Assembly (NCBI RefSeq): GCF_028368995.1
Contig: NZ_JAQNDL010000001.1
Span: 2,976,001-3,040,000 of the forward strand
DNA length: 64,000 nt
Origin: Nannocystis bainbridge
GTDB taxonomy: Bacteria > Myxococcota_A > Polyangia > Nannocystales > Nannocystaceae
Reading direction: 5' to 3'
The translations under genes and the position numbers were made by a program. Numbering within the stretch: the stretch's first letter is position 1; each line of letters opens with the position of its first letter. The notes beneath the pieces were generated by a model. That model did no database searches. It worked only from the letters and a program-made list of their open reading frames with translations, and had not been told where the DNA came from. This document shows positions 10,688-20,147 of this stretch, in pieces.

Positions 10688-10933
10688 TCAGCGCGAGCGG
10701 CCGCCGAGGCGCGGCGCGATCAGGTCCGCGATCTCGCCGCGCTTGGGGAAGCGCTGCAGCTGATCTTTGGAAAAAATCCGCTCGCCGTCGACGAGGATGT
10801 CGAACACGCCTCGATCGCCGCGGTGGATCTTGCACGCGATCTTGTCGCCGAAACGGGCCTGCAGGTCGGCCACCAGACCGGTGGCTTGGGGCATGTAGTT
10901 TCAGCGCACGCAGTAGTAGATGTCGATCTGCAT
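10688..10933 (-). CDS. Rdx/SelW-family selenoprotein (CxxU), 81 aa
   Basis: ATG 10933 gives MQIDIYYCVR-TGA-NYMPQATGLV...GVFDILVDGERIFSK...RFP..GEI. The in-frame TGA at 10903-10901 sits in the CxxU position. Confidence 0.88.
10869..10885 (-). promoter_or_regulatory. Candidate bacterial SECIS hairpin
   Basis: mRNA GCCACC-GGUCU-GGUGGC begins 15 nt after the UGA and has a G-containing apical loop. Confidence 0.65.
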
Positions 10934-10950
10934 GCGCCGATCCTAGCACG

Positions 10951-12153
10951 TCACTTCGCGGCGGCTGACGTCGGCTCGGCCGGCGCGGCGGGCTGAGCCG
11001 GGCTCGTGATGCCCGGGACGCTCTGGTCGCCGATCGTCGCCAGCGAGCCCGGGCAGTCGAGCGCGCCGAGGAAGGCCACGAGGTCGTCGATCTCGGCGTC
11101 GCTGAGGTTGCGGTCGGCGTAGTTCGGGTCGAGGTCGGGGCGCTTCGGGCCCCCGGCCATCGTCTTCACCGCGGCGCGCAGGTCGGTCACGCTGCCGTCG
11201 TGGAAGTACGGCGCAGTCCGCGTCACGTTGCGCAGGGTCGGCGTGCGGAACTTGTAGAGGTCGGCCGGATCCTTCGTCGCGTCCATGCGGCCCTTGTCGG
11301 GCCCCTCGCCGGCGTCGGACAGGCCGATGCCCATCTTGTGGTAGAGGTCGTCGCTGAAGTTGTCGCCGCTGTGGCAGGTGGTGCACGAGCCCTTGCCGCG
11401 GAACAGCTCCCAGCCGCGCTGCTGGGCCTCGTTCATGCTGTTCTTGTCCCACGCGGTCGCGCCGCACAGGAGCGTGCGCTCGTAGGCCGACAGCGCCTTG
11501 GCGACGTGCTCGGGCAGCACCGGCTCGCCGGCCTCGAGCCCGAACTCGCGGGCGAACGCCGGCGCGTACTCGGGCAGCGCGCCGATCTCCGCCGCCTTGG
11601 CCGCCAGCTTGTCCTCGCCGACCGCCATGTTGCCGCCCTTCCACGCGCCGATCGCCTGCTTCTCGAGCGAGGCCGCGCGGCCGTCCCAGTAGTGGGCGGT
11701 GTGATAGGCGACGTTCCAGATCGTCGGGGTGTTGCGCGCGAGCAGCTTGTCACCGGGGCCGAGCGCCTTGGCCCGCCCGTCGGCGTTGCCGAGCTCGTTC
11801 TGGTGGCAGCTGTAACAGCTGCGCGTGCCGTCGACGCTGAGCCGCTTGTCCATGAAGAGCTGGTGCCCGAGCTCGACCTTGGCCGCCGTCATCGGGTTGT
11901 CGGCCGGCACCTCCGGGGCGCGCATGCCCTGCGGCAGCTCCCACGCGTACTCCTCGACCGGCGCGGGCTCCGGCGCCGGTTCGGCCGGCCTGGCGTCGCT
12001 CGCCTTGTCGCCCCTGTCGCCCTTGTCGGCCTTGTCGGCCCCGGCGGCCTTCGGCGCGTCGGGCTCACCGCAGGCGAGCAGCGTGCAGAGCCCGCCCGCG
12101 AGCGCGGTGCGGAGGCGAGGCGAGGATGCCAGGTGGAGGTTGCGCGCGTCCAT
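10951..12153 (-). CDS. Di-haem cytochrome c peroxidase/MauG-family lipoprotein
   Basis: Two CxxCH motifs (CYSCH, CTTCH), RNTPTIWN, WDGRA, FRTPTLRNV, APYFHDGS and LLAC lipobox. Confidence 0.92.
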   Translation of the reverse strand: MDARNLHLASSPRLRTALAGGLCTLLACGEPDAPKAAGADKADKGDRGDKASDARPAEPAPEPAPVEEYAWELPQGMRAPEVPADNPMTAAKVELGHQLFMDKRLSVDGTRSCYSCHQNELGNADGRAKALGPGDKLLARNTPTIWNVAYHTAHYWDGRAASLEKQAIGAWKGGNMAVGEDKLAAKAAEIGALPEYAPAFAREFGLEAGEPVLPEHVAKALSAYERTLLCGATAWDKNSMNEAQQRGWELFRGKGSCTTCHSGDNFSDDLYHKMGIGLSDAGEGPDKGRMDATKDPADLYKFRTPTLRNVTRTAPYFHDGSVTDLRAAVKTMAGGPKRPDLDPNYADRNLSDAEIDDLVAFLGALDCPGSLATIGDQSVPGITSPAQPAAPAEPTSAAAK

Positions 12154-12247
12154 GCGCGGCACCCTACACCAGTTCCAATGCGGCCCCAAGCACGCCGCAG
12201 CCGGACGACTCGCCCGCGCGCCGGGGCTCGAGTATCCTGCGTCGGCG

Positions 12248-12640
12248 ATGAAGCCGGAAGAGCTCGGGCCCATGCGGACGCTCCTCTTGCAACGCCGCAC
12301 CGAGCTGCTCAAGGGCGGCGACGTGCCGGTGGAGTTCGAGCAGCAAGAGGTGGTGACCAGGCCCGACGAAGACGCGGCGCCGCTGGTCGAGATGACGCAG
12401 GTCATCGCCTCCAACCGCAACCGCGCCCGCACCGAGGCCCTGGCCGCGATCGAGGACGCCCTGCGCCGCATGGTCGACGACCCGGAGGAGTTCGGCCTGT
12501 GCGAGGCCTGCGACGAGCCGATCGCCCAGCGCCGCCTGGTGCTGGTGCCGACCGCGACCCTGTGCGCGACCTGCCAGCGCGAGGACGAGGCCAACAGCTC
12601 CCGCGGCCGCAGCCGCCGCCACCTCACCGACTACCGCTGA
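12248..12640 (+). CDS. TraR/DksA-family C4 zinc-finger protein
   Basis: ALRRM...FGLCEACDEPIAQRRLVLVPTATLCATCQ. Confidence 0.88.
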   Translation: MKPEELGPMRTLLLQRRTELLKGGDVPVEFEQQEVVTRPDEDAAPLVEMTQVIASNRNRARTEALAAIEDALRRMVDDPEEFGLCEACDEPIAQRRLVLVPTATLCATCQREDEANSSRGRSRRHLTDYR

Positions 12641-12644
12641 AGGC

Positions 12645-12728
12645 TGGCCGCAAAGACATGCCCGATCGGGCATGTCTGCCCGGACATGCCTGTGTGAGCA
12701 TGTCCATGGGGACATGTCGGTTCAAGCA
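12645..12728. repeat. Six phased 14-bp TGTC-N6-GACA-type units
   Basis: TGGC-CGCAAA-GACA|TGCC-CGATCG-GGCA|TGTC-TGCCCG-GACA|TGCC-TGTGTG-AGCA|TGTC-CATGGG-GACA|TGTC-GGTTCA-AGCA. Confidence 0.9.
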
Positions 12729-13038
12729 GACCGCGAGCACGAGCCCGGCCGGTCTGCGCGCCCCGATGCCGGCGTCGGCGAGCGATCCGGGCGGGGTCCG
12801 GCGCGACGCGATCCACGCGCGAGGAGCCCAGGACGCCTGAGCGACCCGGGCATGGCCCGGCGACCGAGACCCGCGACCGAGGTGGGTGGCGCCTGGGCCG
12901 AGGACGGACGCCGTGCTGCGCACGCGAGCGCGACGTCACCGAGGCGCTGAGTCGAGCGCGCCCGTGCCGCGCACGCGAGGCCTCTCCGAGGCGCCGGGTC
13001 GAGCGCGCGGCGGGCGGGCGCCTCTCGCGCTCCGCGGA

Positions 13039-14106
13039 TCACGCGAGCGGGTAGTCGGTGTAGCCGCGCTCGCCGGGCGTGTAGAAGGTCGAGGGGTCGC
13101 CCTGGGCCAGCGGCAGGCCGGCGCGCAGGCGCGAGACCAGGCGCGGGTTGGCGATGAACGGGCGGCCGAACGCGATCAGGTCGCCCCGGCCTGCGGCGAG
13201 GTCGGCCTCCGCGCGGGTCGCGTCGTATTCGCCGGAGAGGATCAGCCGACCGCCGAAGTGCTTGCGGATCTGCGCCTGCAGATCGGCAGGCACGACCTTG
13301 CCGCCGAAATCGACCAGGTGGACGTACGCGAGCCCGAGCTCCGAGAGCCCACGCACCAGGTGGACGAACACCGCGTCGAGCTCGGGGTCGACCGCCATGC
13401 CGTTGAACACCCCGTGCGGCGACAGACGGATCCCCACTCGCCCGGCGCCGATCCGCGCCGCCGTCGCGCGCGCCACCTCGAGGGCGAAGCGCGCCCGACC
13501 CTCGACCGTCCCGCCCCAGCCGTCGCTGCGGTGGTTGCTGGCGGTGTTGAGGAACTGATCGATCAAGTAGCCGTTGGCCCCGTGCAGCTCGACGCCGTCG
13601 AAGCCGGCCTCGCGCGCGAGCGCGGCCGAGCCGGCGAAGCCCTCGATCACGGCGGCGATGTCGGCCTCGCTCAGCTCGCGCGGCACCGGGTGCGGCTGCG
13701 GGCCCTCCTGGTCGGTGTACATCGCCCCGCCGAGCGCGACGGCCGACGGCCCGCGCACTTCAGCCCCGGGCGGCAGGTTGAGCGGATGCCCGACACGCCC
13801 GGTGTGCATGAGCTGGACGAAGATCTTGGCGCCGCCGGCGTGCACGGCGTCGGTGGCGTCGCGCCAGCCGCGAGCGTGCTCGGCGTTGAAGAGGCCGGGG
13901 ATCCGCGCATAACCGAGGCCGTCGGCGGCGGGCGAGGTGCCCTCGGTGACGATCAGCCCGGCCTCGCTGCGCTGGCCGTAGTAGGTGGCCATCAGCGCGT
14001 TGGGGAGGTTGCCGGGCGCGCGGCTGCGCGTCATCGGGGCCATGACGACGCGGTTCTTCAACTCGAGGTCGCCGAGCACGATCGGGGTATAGAGGAGCTC
14101 GCTCAT
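13039..14106 (-). CDS. Old yellow enzyme family alkene reductase (NemA-like)
   Basis: NRVVMAPMTRSRA, QLMHTGR, GFDGVELHGANGYLIDQF, FGRPFIANP and GYTDYP. Confidence 0.93.
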   Translation of the reverse strand: MSELLYTPIVLGDLELKNRVVMAPMTRSRAPGNLPNALMATYYGQRSEAGLIVTEGTSPAADGLGYARIPGLFNAEHARGWRDATDAVHAGGAKIFVQLMHTGRVGHPLNLPPGAEVRGPSAVALGGAMYTDQEGPQPHPVPRELSEADIAAVIEGFAGSAALAREAGFDGVELHGANGYLIDQFLNTASNHRSDGWGGTVEGRARFALEVARATAARIGAGRVGIRLSPHGVFNGMAVDPELDAVFVHLVRGLSELGLAYVHLVDFGGKVVPADLQAQIRKHFGGRLILSGEYDATRAEADLAAGRGDLIAFGRPFIANPRLVSRLRAGLPLAQGDPSTFYTPGERGYTDYPLA

Positions 14107-14154
14107 GGGCTTCAACATAGTGACGGCCGTGCGAGCAAAGTAGATGCTCCGCCC

Positions 14155-14169
14155 GCAACACATTGTTGC
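14155..14169. promoter_or_regulatory. Inverted repeat in divergent promoter (possible operator)
   Basis: GCAACA-CAT-TGTTGC between the reductase and a small gene. Confidence 0.4.
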
Positions 14170-14202
14170 TCCCAGCGGGCCAATCGACGCCATCATGAGC
14201 CG

Positions 14203-14520
14203 ATGGCACCCCGCCCGCTCGAGCCGCTCGACGCCTTCATCGCCCGCCTCCGCGGCTCCGCCGCGACGATCGCGGCCCAGCCGGTGCGCTTCGGCGGGCA
14301 CCACTTCAGCCACGCGGTGACGCTCGAGCAGGGCCGCTGGCGGGTGCGCCCGCTGGTCCTCGACCGCGCCAAGGCCGACGCTTTTTTAAAGGAGCGCGGC
14401 CACTTCATGCCGGAGAACGCGGAGGCGCTCAGCGAGCCCGGCGACCCGGTGCGGCTCGAGGCGGACAGCCTCGAGGCGCTGATCGAGCTGATCGAGCGCG
14501 AAGCGTGGCCGATGTGGTAG
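14203..14520 (+). CDS. Small hypothetical protein
   Basis: MAPRPLEPLDAFIARL...EAWPMW; coding-like codon use. Confidence 0.65.
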   Translation: MAPRPLEPLDAFIARLRGSAATIAAQPVRFGGHHFSHAVTLEQGRWRVRPLVLDRAKADAFLKERGHFMPENAEALSEPGDPVRLEADSLEALIELIEREAWPMW

Positions 14521-14532
14521 CGCTTCGGGGCC

Positions 14533-14588
14533 TGTCTTCATCGACATGACTTGAAGGACATGTTCGCATGGACATGTCCTTCAGAGCT
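14533..14588. repeat. Four phased TGTC-N6-GACA-type units between convergent genes
   Basis: TGTC-TTCATC-GACA|TGAC-TTGAAG-GACA|TGTT-CGCATG-GACA|TGTC-CTTCAG-AGCT. Confidence 0.88.
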
Positions 14589-14600
14589 ATGCGCGAGCGC

Positions 14601-16406
14601 TCACTGCGAGCGGGCGATCGCCACCCGCTCGAGCGCGGTGTTGCTGACGATCGTCGGCGCGAACCAGCTGCCGCCGACGCGCCGGGTGTGCCGGGGCGTG
14701 TGGGCCTGGCCGTCGAGGTAGACCAGCTCGAGGTCGGCCTCGCCGAGGCCGGCCGCCAGCGCGGGCGCGCCGTAGATCGCGGGGCTCGGCTGCAGCACGA
14801 CGGCGGCGGGCTGCCAGGCGCCGCCGGTGAACAGGGCGACGTAGAGCTGGCCGTCGAGGCCGCGGAAGGCCAGCGCCGCGGCGCCGCCGGGCAGCGGGGC
14901 GAGGGCCGGCGGCGCCGAGGTCTGCGCCCCGGGGACCTGAGCGGCCGCTGACCACGCTCCGGCGCTGTAACGGCTGAAGCGGAGCTGCCCGCCGCCGTTG
15001 ACGGCCTGCACGGCGAGGACCTGATCGTCGCTCAAGGTGACGACGGCCGGCTGGCGATCGAAGGCCTGGGTCTCGCCGTCGACGAGCTGCTGCGCTTGCC
15101 AGGCGCCGGTACGCCGGCGCGAGGACAGCTGGTTGCTCTGCGCGCCGTCGTGAAACACCAGCAGCGCATCGCCGGCGAGCGTGGCGACGCTGCCCGGCCC
15201 GGGGCCGAAGCTGCCGACCATCTCGGCCGCCGGGTTCCACGAACCAGCGGTGAAGCGCGCGTAGTAGTGCTGGAAGTTGTCGCCGTGGAACACCGCGTGC
15301 GCGCCGGCCCCGGCGGCGCTGATCGTCGGCGCGGCGCGGGTGGTGCCGGCGCCGATCTGCGCCGGCGCGGACCAGGTGCCGGCCTGCCAGGTGACGTAGC
15401 GCAGCTGATTGTCGGCAGGGTCGCCGAGCTTGGTGTGGCGGAACACGCCGACGCCGACGCCGTCGCTGGTGATCGCGAGGTCGAGGCCGTCGACCGTCGG
15501 CGCGGCGATGTCGGCCACCGTCCACGCGGCGCCGTCGAACCTGCCGCCGAGCATCGCCGAGGCGTTGCCGCCGAGCAGCAGCGCGAACTCGCAGGCGTCG
15601 CAGTCGGGCCCGCCGCAGTCGACGCCGGTCTCGTCGCCGTTCTCCTGGCCGTCGTCGCAGGTGGCGACGGTGCAGTCGTTGGCGCAGGCGTCGTCGTCGA
15701 TCGGGTTGCCGTCGTCGCACGCCTCCATGCCGGCCCACAGCAGGCCGTCGCCGCACTTGGCGGCCTTGCACGCGAGCGTGCAGGCGGCGTCGTCGGCGTT
15801 GAACATGCCGTCGTCGCAGACCTCGCCGACGTCGGCCTGGACGATGCCGTCGCCGCACAGCGGCGACTGACAGTCGTTGCTGCAGTCGTCGTCGTCGACT
15901 TCGTTGCCGTCGTCGCAGGCCTCGTTGGGGCCGACCAGGCCGTCGCCGCACGCGTGGAGGCTGCAGTCGGCCTTGCAGTTGTCGGCGTCGTCGTCGTTGC
16001 CGTCGTCGCAGGCCTCGCCCGGGTCGAGCTGGCCGTCGCCGCACACGCCACCGCCGGTGCTGGTGTCGGTCGTGGTGTCGGTCGTATCGGTCGTCGTGGT
16101 GTCGGTGGTCGTGGTGTCGCTCGTCGTGGTGTCGCTCGTCGTGGTGTCGCTCGTCGTGGTCGTCGTCGAATCACTCGTCGTCGTCGAATCAGTCGTCGTC
16201 GACGTGGTCGTCGGGTCGCTCGTCGTCGAGGCCGTCGTCGAGGTCGTCGGTGCGTCGGTCGTCGTCGGGCCGGTCGTCGCGCTGACGAACGAGGTGCTCG
16301 GGTCGTCGGTGGTGCTGCCGCCCGTGCTGCCGGTGCTGGCGGTGCCGTCGTCGCCGCAGGCGGGCACGAGGAGGGCGAGGACCAGCGCGGGGACGTATCT
16401 CGACAT
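14601..16406 (-). CDS. Lipoprotein with Thr-rich linker, several myxobacterial Cys-rich (CGDG..E.CDDG) repeats and propeller-like C-terminus
   Basis: LVPAC lipobox, TTTSD repeats, four CGDG..E.CDDG units and ETGVDCGG. Confidence 0.88.
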   Translation of the reverse strand: MSRYVPALVLALLVPACGDDGTASTGSTGGSTTDDPSTSFVSATTGPTTTDAPTTSTTASTTSDPTTTSTTTDSTTTSDSTTTTTSDTTTSDTTTSDTTTTDTTTTDTTDTTTDTSTGGGVCGDGQLDPGEACDDGNDDDADNCKADCSLHACGDGLVGPNEACDDGNEVDDDDCSNDCQSPLCGDGIVQADVGEVCDDGMFNADDAACTLACKAAKCGDGLLWAGMEACDDGNPIDDDACANDCTVATCDDGQENGDETGVDCGGPDCDACEFALLLGGNASAMLGGRFDGAAWTVADIAAPTVDGLDLAITSDGVGVGVFRHTKLGDPADNQLRYVTWQAGTWSAPAQIGAGTTRAAPTISAAGAGAHAVFHGDNFQHYYARFTAGSWNPAAEMVGSFGPGPGSVATLAGDALLVFHDGAQSNQLSSRRRTGAWQAQQLVDGETQAFDRQPAVVTLSDDQVLAVQAVNGGGQLRFSRYSAGAWSAAAQVPGAQTSAPPALAPLPGGAAALAFRGLDGQLYVALFTGGAWQPAAVVLQPSPAIYGAPALAAGLGEADLELVYLDGQAHTPRHTRRVGGSWFAPTIVSNTALERVAIARSQ

Positions 16407-16673
16407 GCCGGCAGAATAGCGGCTGGGCCGGCCGCACCGCGGACAAATCACGCCGAGGCCCCGCCCGCAGAGGCCGGCGTCGCGCCGCGACGAAGGCGCA
16501 GCTCACGGCGAGCGAACGCCGACCGTCCATGCTCACGATCGCCGCACCCGTGCCCGACGATGGATGGCTAGCGCCGATCCGCGGGGCCAGACGATTACGA
16601 GCGCCGCAACCGCGCCCGGCGATGGATCGCTAGCGCCGACCCGCAGCGCGCGGACGATGGCGATCGCCGGCGG

Positions 16674-18952
16674 CTATACCTTGAGGGTCCGCGCGATCGG
16701 CAGGTTGCGCACGCGCTGGCCGGTGAGGGCGAAGATCGCGTTCGTCAGCGCCGGCGCCACGGGGGGCACGCCCGGCTCGCCGACGCCGCACGACGGACCG
16801 TCGTCGGCGACGATCTCGACGTGGATCGCCCGCGGCGCCTCGGGGAAGCGCATCAGGCGGAAATCGCGGAAGTTGCTCTGCACGGTCGCGCCCTGCTGCA
16901 TCGTGATCTCGCCGTAGAGCGCGTGGCTGAGGGCGAAGATCACGGCGCCCTCGAACTGCGAGCGCACGCGTTCGCGATTGACGAGGGTGCCGGCGTCGAG
17001 GCAGGTCCAGACCTCGTCGACGGCGATCTTGCCCTCGGGCCCGTGGACCACGCTGACGACCACGGCGACGTAGGTCAGGAAGCTGCGGTGGACCGCGAGG
17101 CCGAGCGCGCGGCCCTGCTGCTTGCGCTGGTCCCAGTCGGCCAGCTCTGTCACCCGCTCGATCACCCGGCGGTGGCGCGCCGTGTCGATCGGGTGCTCGG
17201 TCAGCGATTGACCGTAGTTGGGCAGCATCTCGACCCCGAGCTCCTCCGGCGTGACGATGCGCGGCGGGCCGATGATCTCGAGCAGCGTCTCGCGCGGGTC
17301 GCTGCCGCGGGCCTCGGCGATCTCGGCGATGAAGCTCTGGACCGCGAACGCGTGATAGATGTTGGCGACCGAGCGCAGCCAGCCGATCCGCGTATAGGCC
17401 CGCGCTTCGCAGTTCTCGGCGCGCACGTTGGCGATCGCCAGCGGGACGTCGAGCACGCCCTGTTGCAGCTCGCCCGGGGCCGACAAAGCGGTGTCGCTGA
17501 AGGTCGAGCCGATCGGCGGGAAGGCGGTGCGGTGCTCCCACGCGACCACCTTGCCGTCGCCGTCGAGCCCGGCCACCAGCCGCTGGGTGCTGACCGTATG
17601 ATAGTAGTCGTGCTGGATGTCGTCCTCGCGGGTCCACTGGATCCGCACCGGCGCGCCGGTCGCCTTGGCCAGCAGCGCCGCCTCGACCACGAAGTCCGGC
17701 TTGGATTTGCGACCGAAGCCGCCGCCGAGCATCGTCACGTGGATGGTGACGTTCTCCTCGTCGAGCCCGAGCGCCTGGGCCACCGAGCTGCGCGAGGCCT
17801 GCGGGTTCTGCGTCGCGGCCCACACCTCGCAGCTCTGGCCGTCGAACGTGGCGACCGCGGCTGGCGGCTCCATCGTCGCGTGGGCCAGGTGCGGCACGTG
17901 GTACACGGCCTCGACCTGCCGCGCCGCGCCCGTCAGCGCCGGCCCGACGTCGCCGACCTCGCGGACCACCACGCCCGGCAGGCCGACGGCGGCCAGCAGC
18001 GTCTTGCGGTAGGTCTCGGAGTCGTACTCGCCGTTGGCGCCGGCGGCCCAGGTGATCTCGAGCTGGGCCCGGCCTCGCATCGCCGACCACGTGTCGTCGG
18101 CGACCACCGCGATCCCGCCGAGCGGCTGGAACGCGAACGGGGGCGTCGGCGCCGGCAACGGCACCACCGCGCGCACGCCCGGGATCGCCAGCGCCTTGGT
18201 GGCGTCGTGCGCCGTGGCCTTGCCGCCGACCACCGGCGGGCGGGCGATCACCGCCGTCCGCATCCCCGGCAGCACCACATCGGCGCCGTAGAGCGCCTGC
18301 CCGGTGACCATCGCCGGCCCGTCGAGCAGCGGCAGCTCCTTGCCGACGTGCAGCAGCTCGGCCTTGGGCCGGAGTAAAATGTCCTTCGGGACAGGCAGCT
18401 TCGCGGCCGCCAGCGCCAGCTCGCCGAACCCGAGCGAGCGCCCGCTGGCCTCGTGCCAGACCGCGTGGTCGTGGGCCGTGCAGGTGCTCGGCGCCACCTT
18501 CCACTGCTTGGCCGCCGCCGCGATCAACATCATCCGCGCGCACGCCCCCAGCTTGCGCAGCGCGTCGTAGAAGCCGCGCACGCTGTGCGACCCGTCGGTG
18601 TTCTGATCGCCGTACGCCTTGTCGCCGGGCGCTTGCACGATCTCCACCCGGCCCATGTCCGCCCCCAGCTCGTCCGCGATCAGCACCGGCAGCGAGCTGC
18701 GCACGCCCTGGCCCATCTCCGAGCGCGCGCACACGATCTGCACCGCGCCGTTCGGCGTCACGTGGACGAACAGGTTGGGCCGCAGGCCCGCGCCCTCGGC
18801 CTCCGCCGCCGCTTTGGCCGCGGGGTCGGTGGCCGGCGGCAGCTCCGGCGCGGCGCTGGCGAACGAGCCGAGCGCGAGGCCCGACAGCGCGCCGCCGAGG
18901 CCGGCCAGGAAGTGGCGGCGGAGCAGGCGGATCGGCGGGCCCGACATCGCGC

Positions 18953-18956
<4 letters not shown>
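16674..18956 (-). CDS. Xanthine dehydrogenase family molybdopterin-binding subunit (IorB-like), Tat signal
   Basis: [26 protein letters not shown] and GVGEPGVPP; GTGA overlap with the upstream 2Fe-2S gene. Confidence 0.92.
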
Positions 18957-19416
<460 letters not shown>

Positions 19417-19420
<4 letters not shown>

Positions 19421-20082
19421 GGCTGCTTCTCCGCGACCGGACAGGCCGCCCCGTCCGCGACCCACGCGGCCATCAGCGCCCCGAACTGTTCTTGCGTGCC
19501 GGGGGCCGGCGTGCGCCCGTGGCCGGGCGTCCAGCCCCACGCCACCAGCTCGTCGTGCGCCGAGTGCTCGACGATCTCGGCCAGCGTCTTGCCGCCGTTG
19601 CGCTTGGGATCCTTGATCTGCTCGCACAGCGCCGCCGGCGTCAGCCCGACCCACGCCATCTCGATCGGCGCGAGGTGCCACTTCGGCGCCCCGGGCACGC
19701 GCGCCAGCTCGAGGTTCGCGTCCTGATGGCACGACGTGCACATCAGCCCGGCCACGCCCTCGTTGCTCGGGCCGCGCACCACCGGCGGATCGTGGATGCG
19801 CGCGTCGTCGCCCTGCAGCGGCGAATCACCGGCCGGGTGACAGTTGCTGCAGCGCGGGTGGAGCATCACCTTGGCCGCCTCGAGGAACAGCGCCCGCGAG
19901 CGCGCTTCCCTGTCGGCGATCGGCGCGAACTGCTCGGGTGGGCGCAGCACGTCCGGCTCGCCCTGCCCGATCGTCTGCGCCTGCTGCTCGTGCTGCTTCG
20001 CCGGCTCCTGCGCGCCGCGACAGGCGACCAACATCGCCGCCGCGAGGCACGCCAGGGGCACGGAGCATGCGGGCAGGCGCAT
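19417..20082 (-). CDS. Di-haem cytochrome c lipoprotein, isoquinoline-oxidoreductase-associated subunit
   Basis: [23 protein letters not shown]; LVAC lipobox; ATGA overlap with the 2Fe-2S gene. Confidence 0.87.
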
Positions 20083-20147
20083 CGCTCACCGGGTGTGATC
20101 GATCTCGGCCGGCGCGCAACCGGCGAGCTCGCCGCGAGCCCCTGGCG

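Noticed and set aside
10688-10894. 68-aa ORF or pseudogene interpretation
   Set aside because: Better explained as Sec read-through: the TGA is in the CxxU position and is followed by a SECIS-like hairpin.
12645-12728. Motif as MrpC/CRP, parS or p53-type sites
   Set aside because: As I recall, MrpC is TGTY-N8-RAC, parS is a 16-bp TGTT-N8-AACA and CRP is TGTGA-N6-TCACA; spacing here is strictly N6 with a 14-bp period. The RRRCATGYYY match to p53 half-sites is a by-product of unit junctions.
16558-16644. ~25-bp imperfect direct repeat (CGATGGAT.GCTAGCGCCGA.CCGC) 62 bp apart
   Set aside because: Only two copies and no cas or mobile context; treated as a local duplication.
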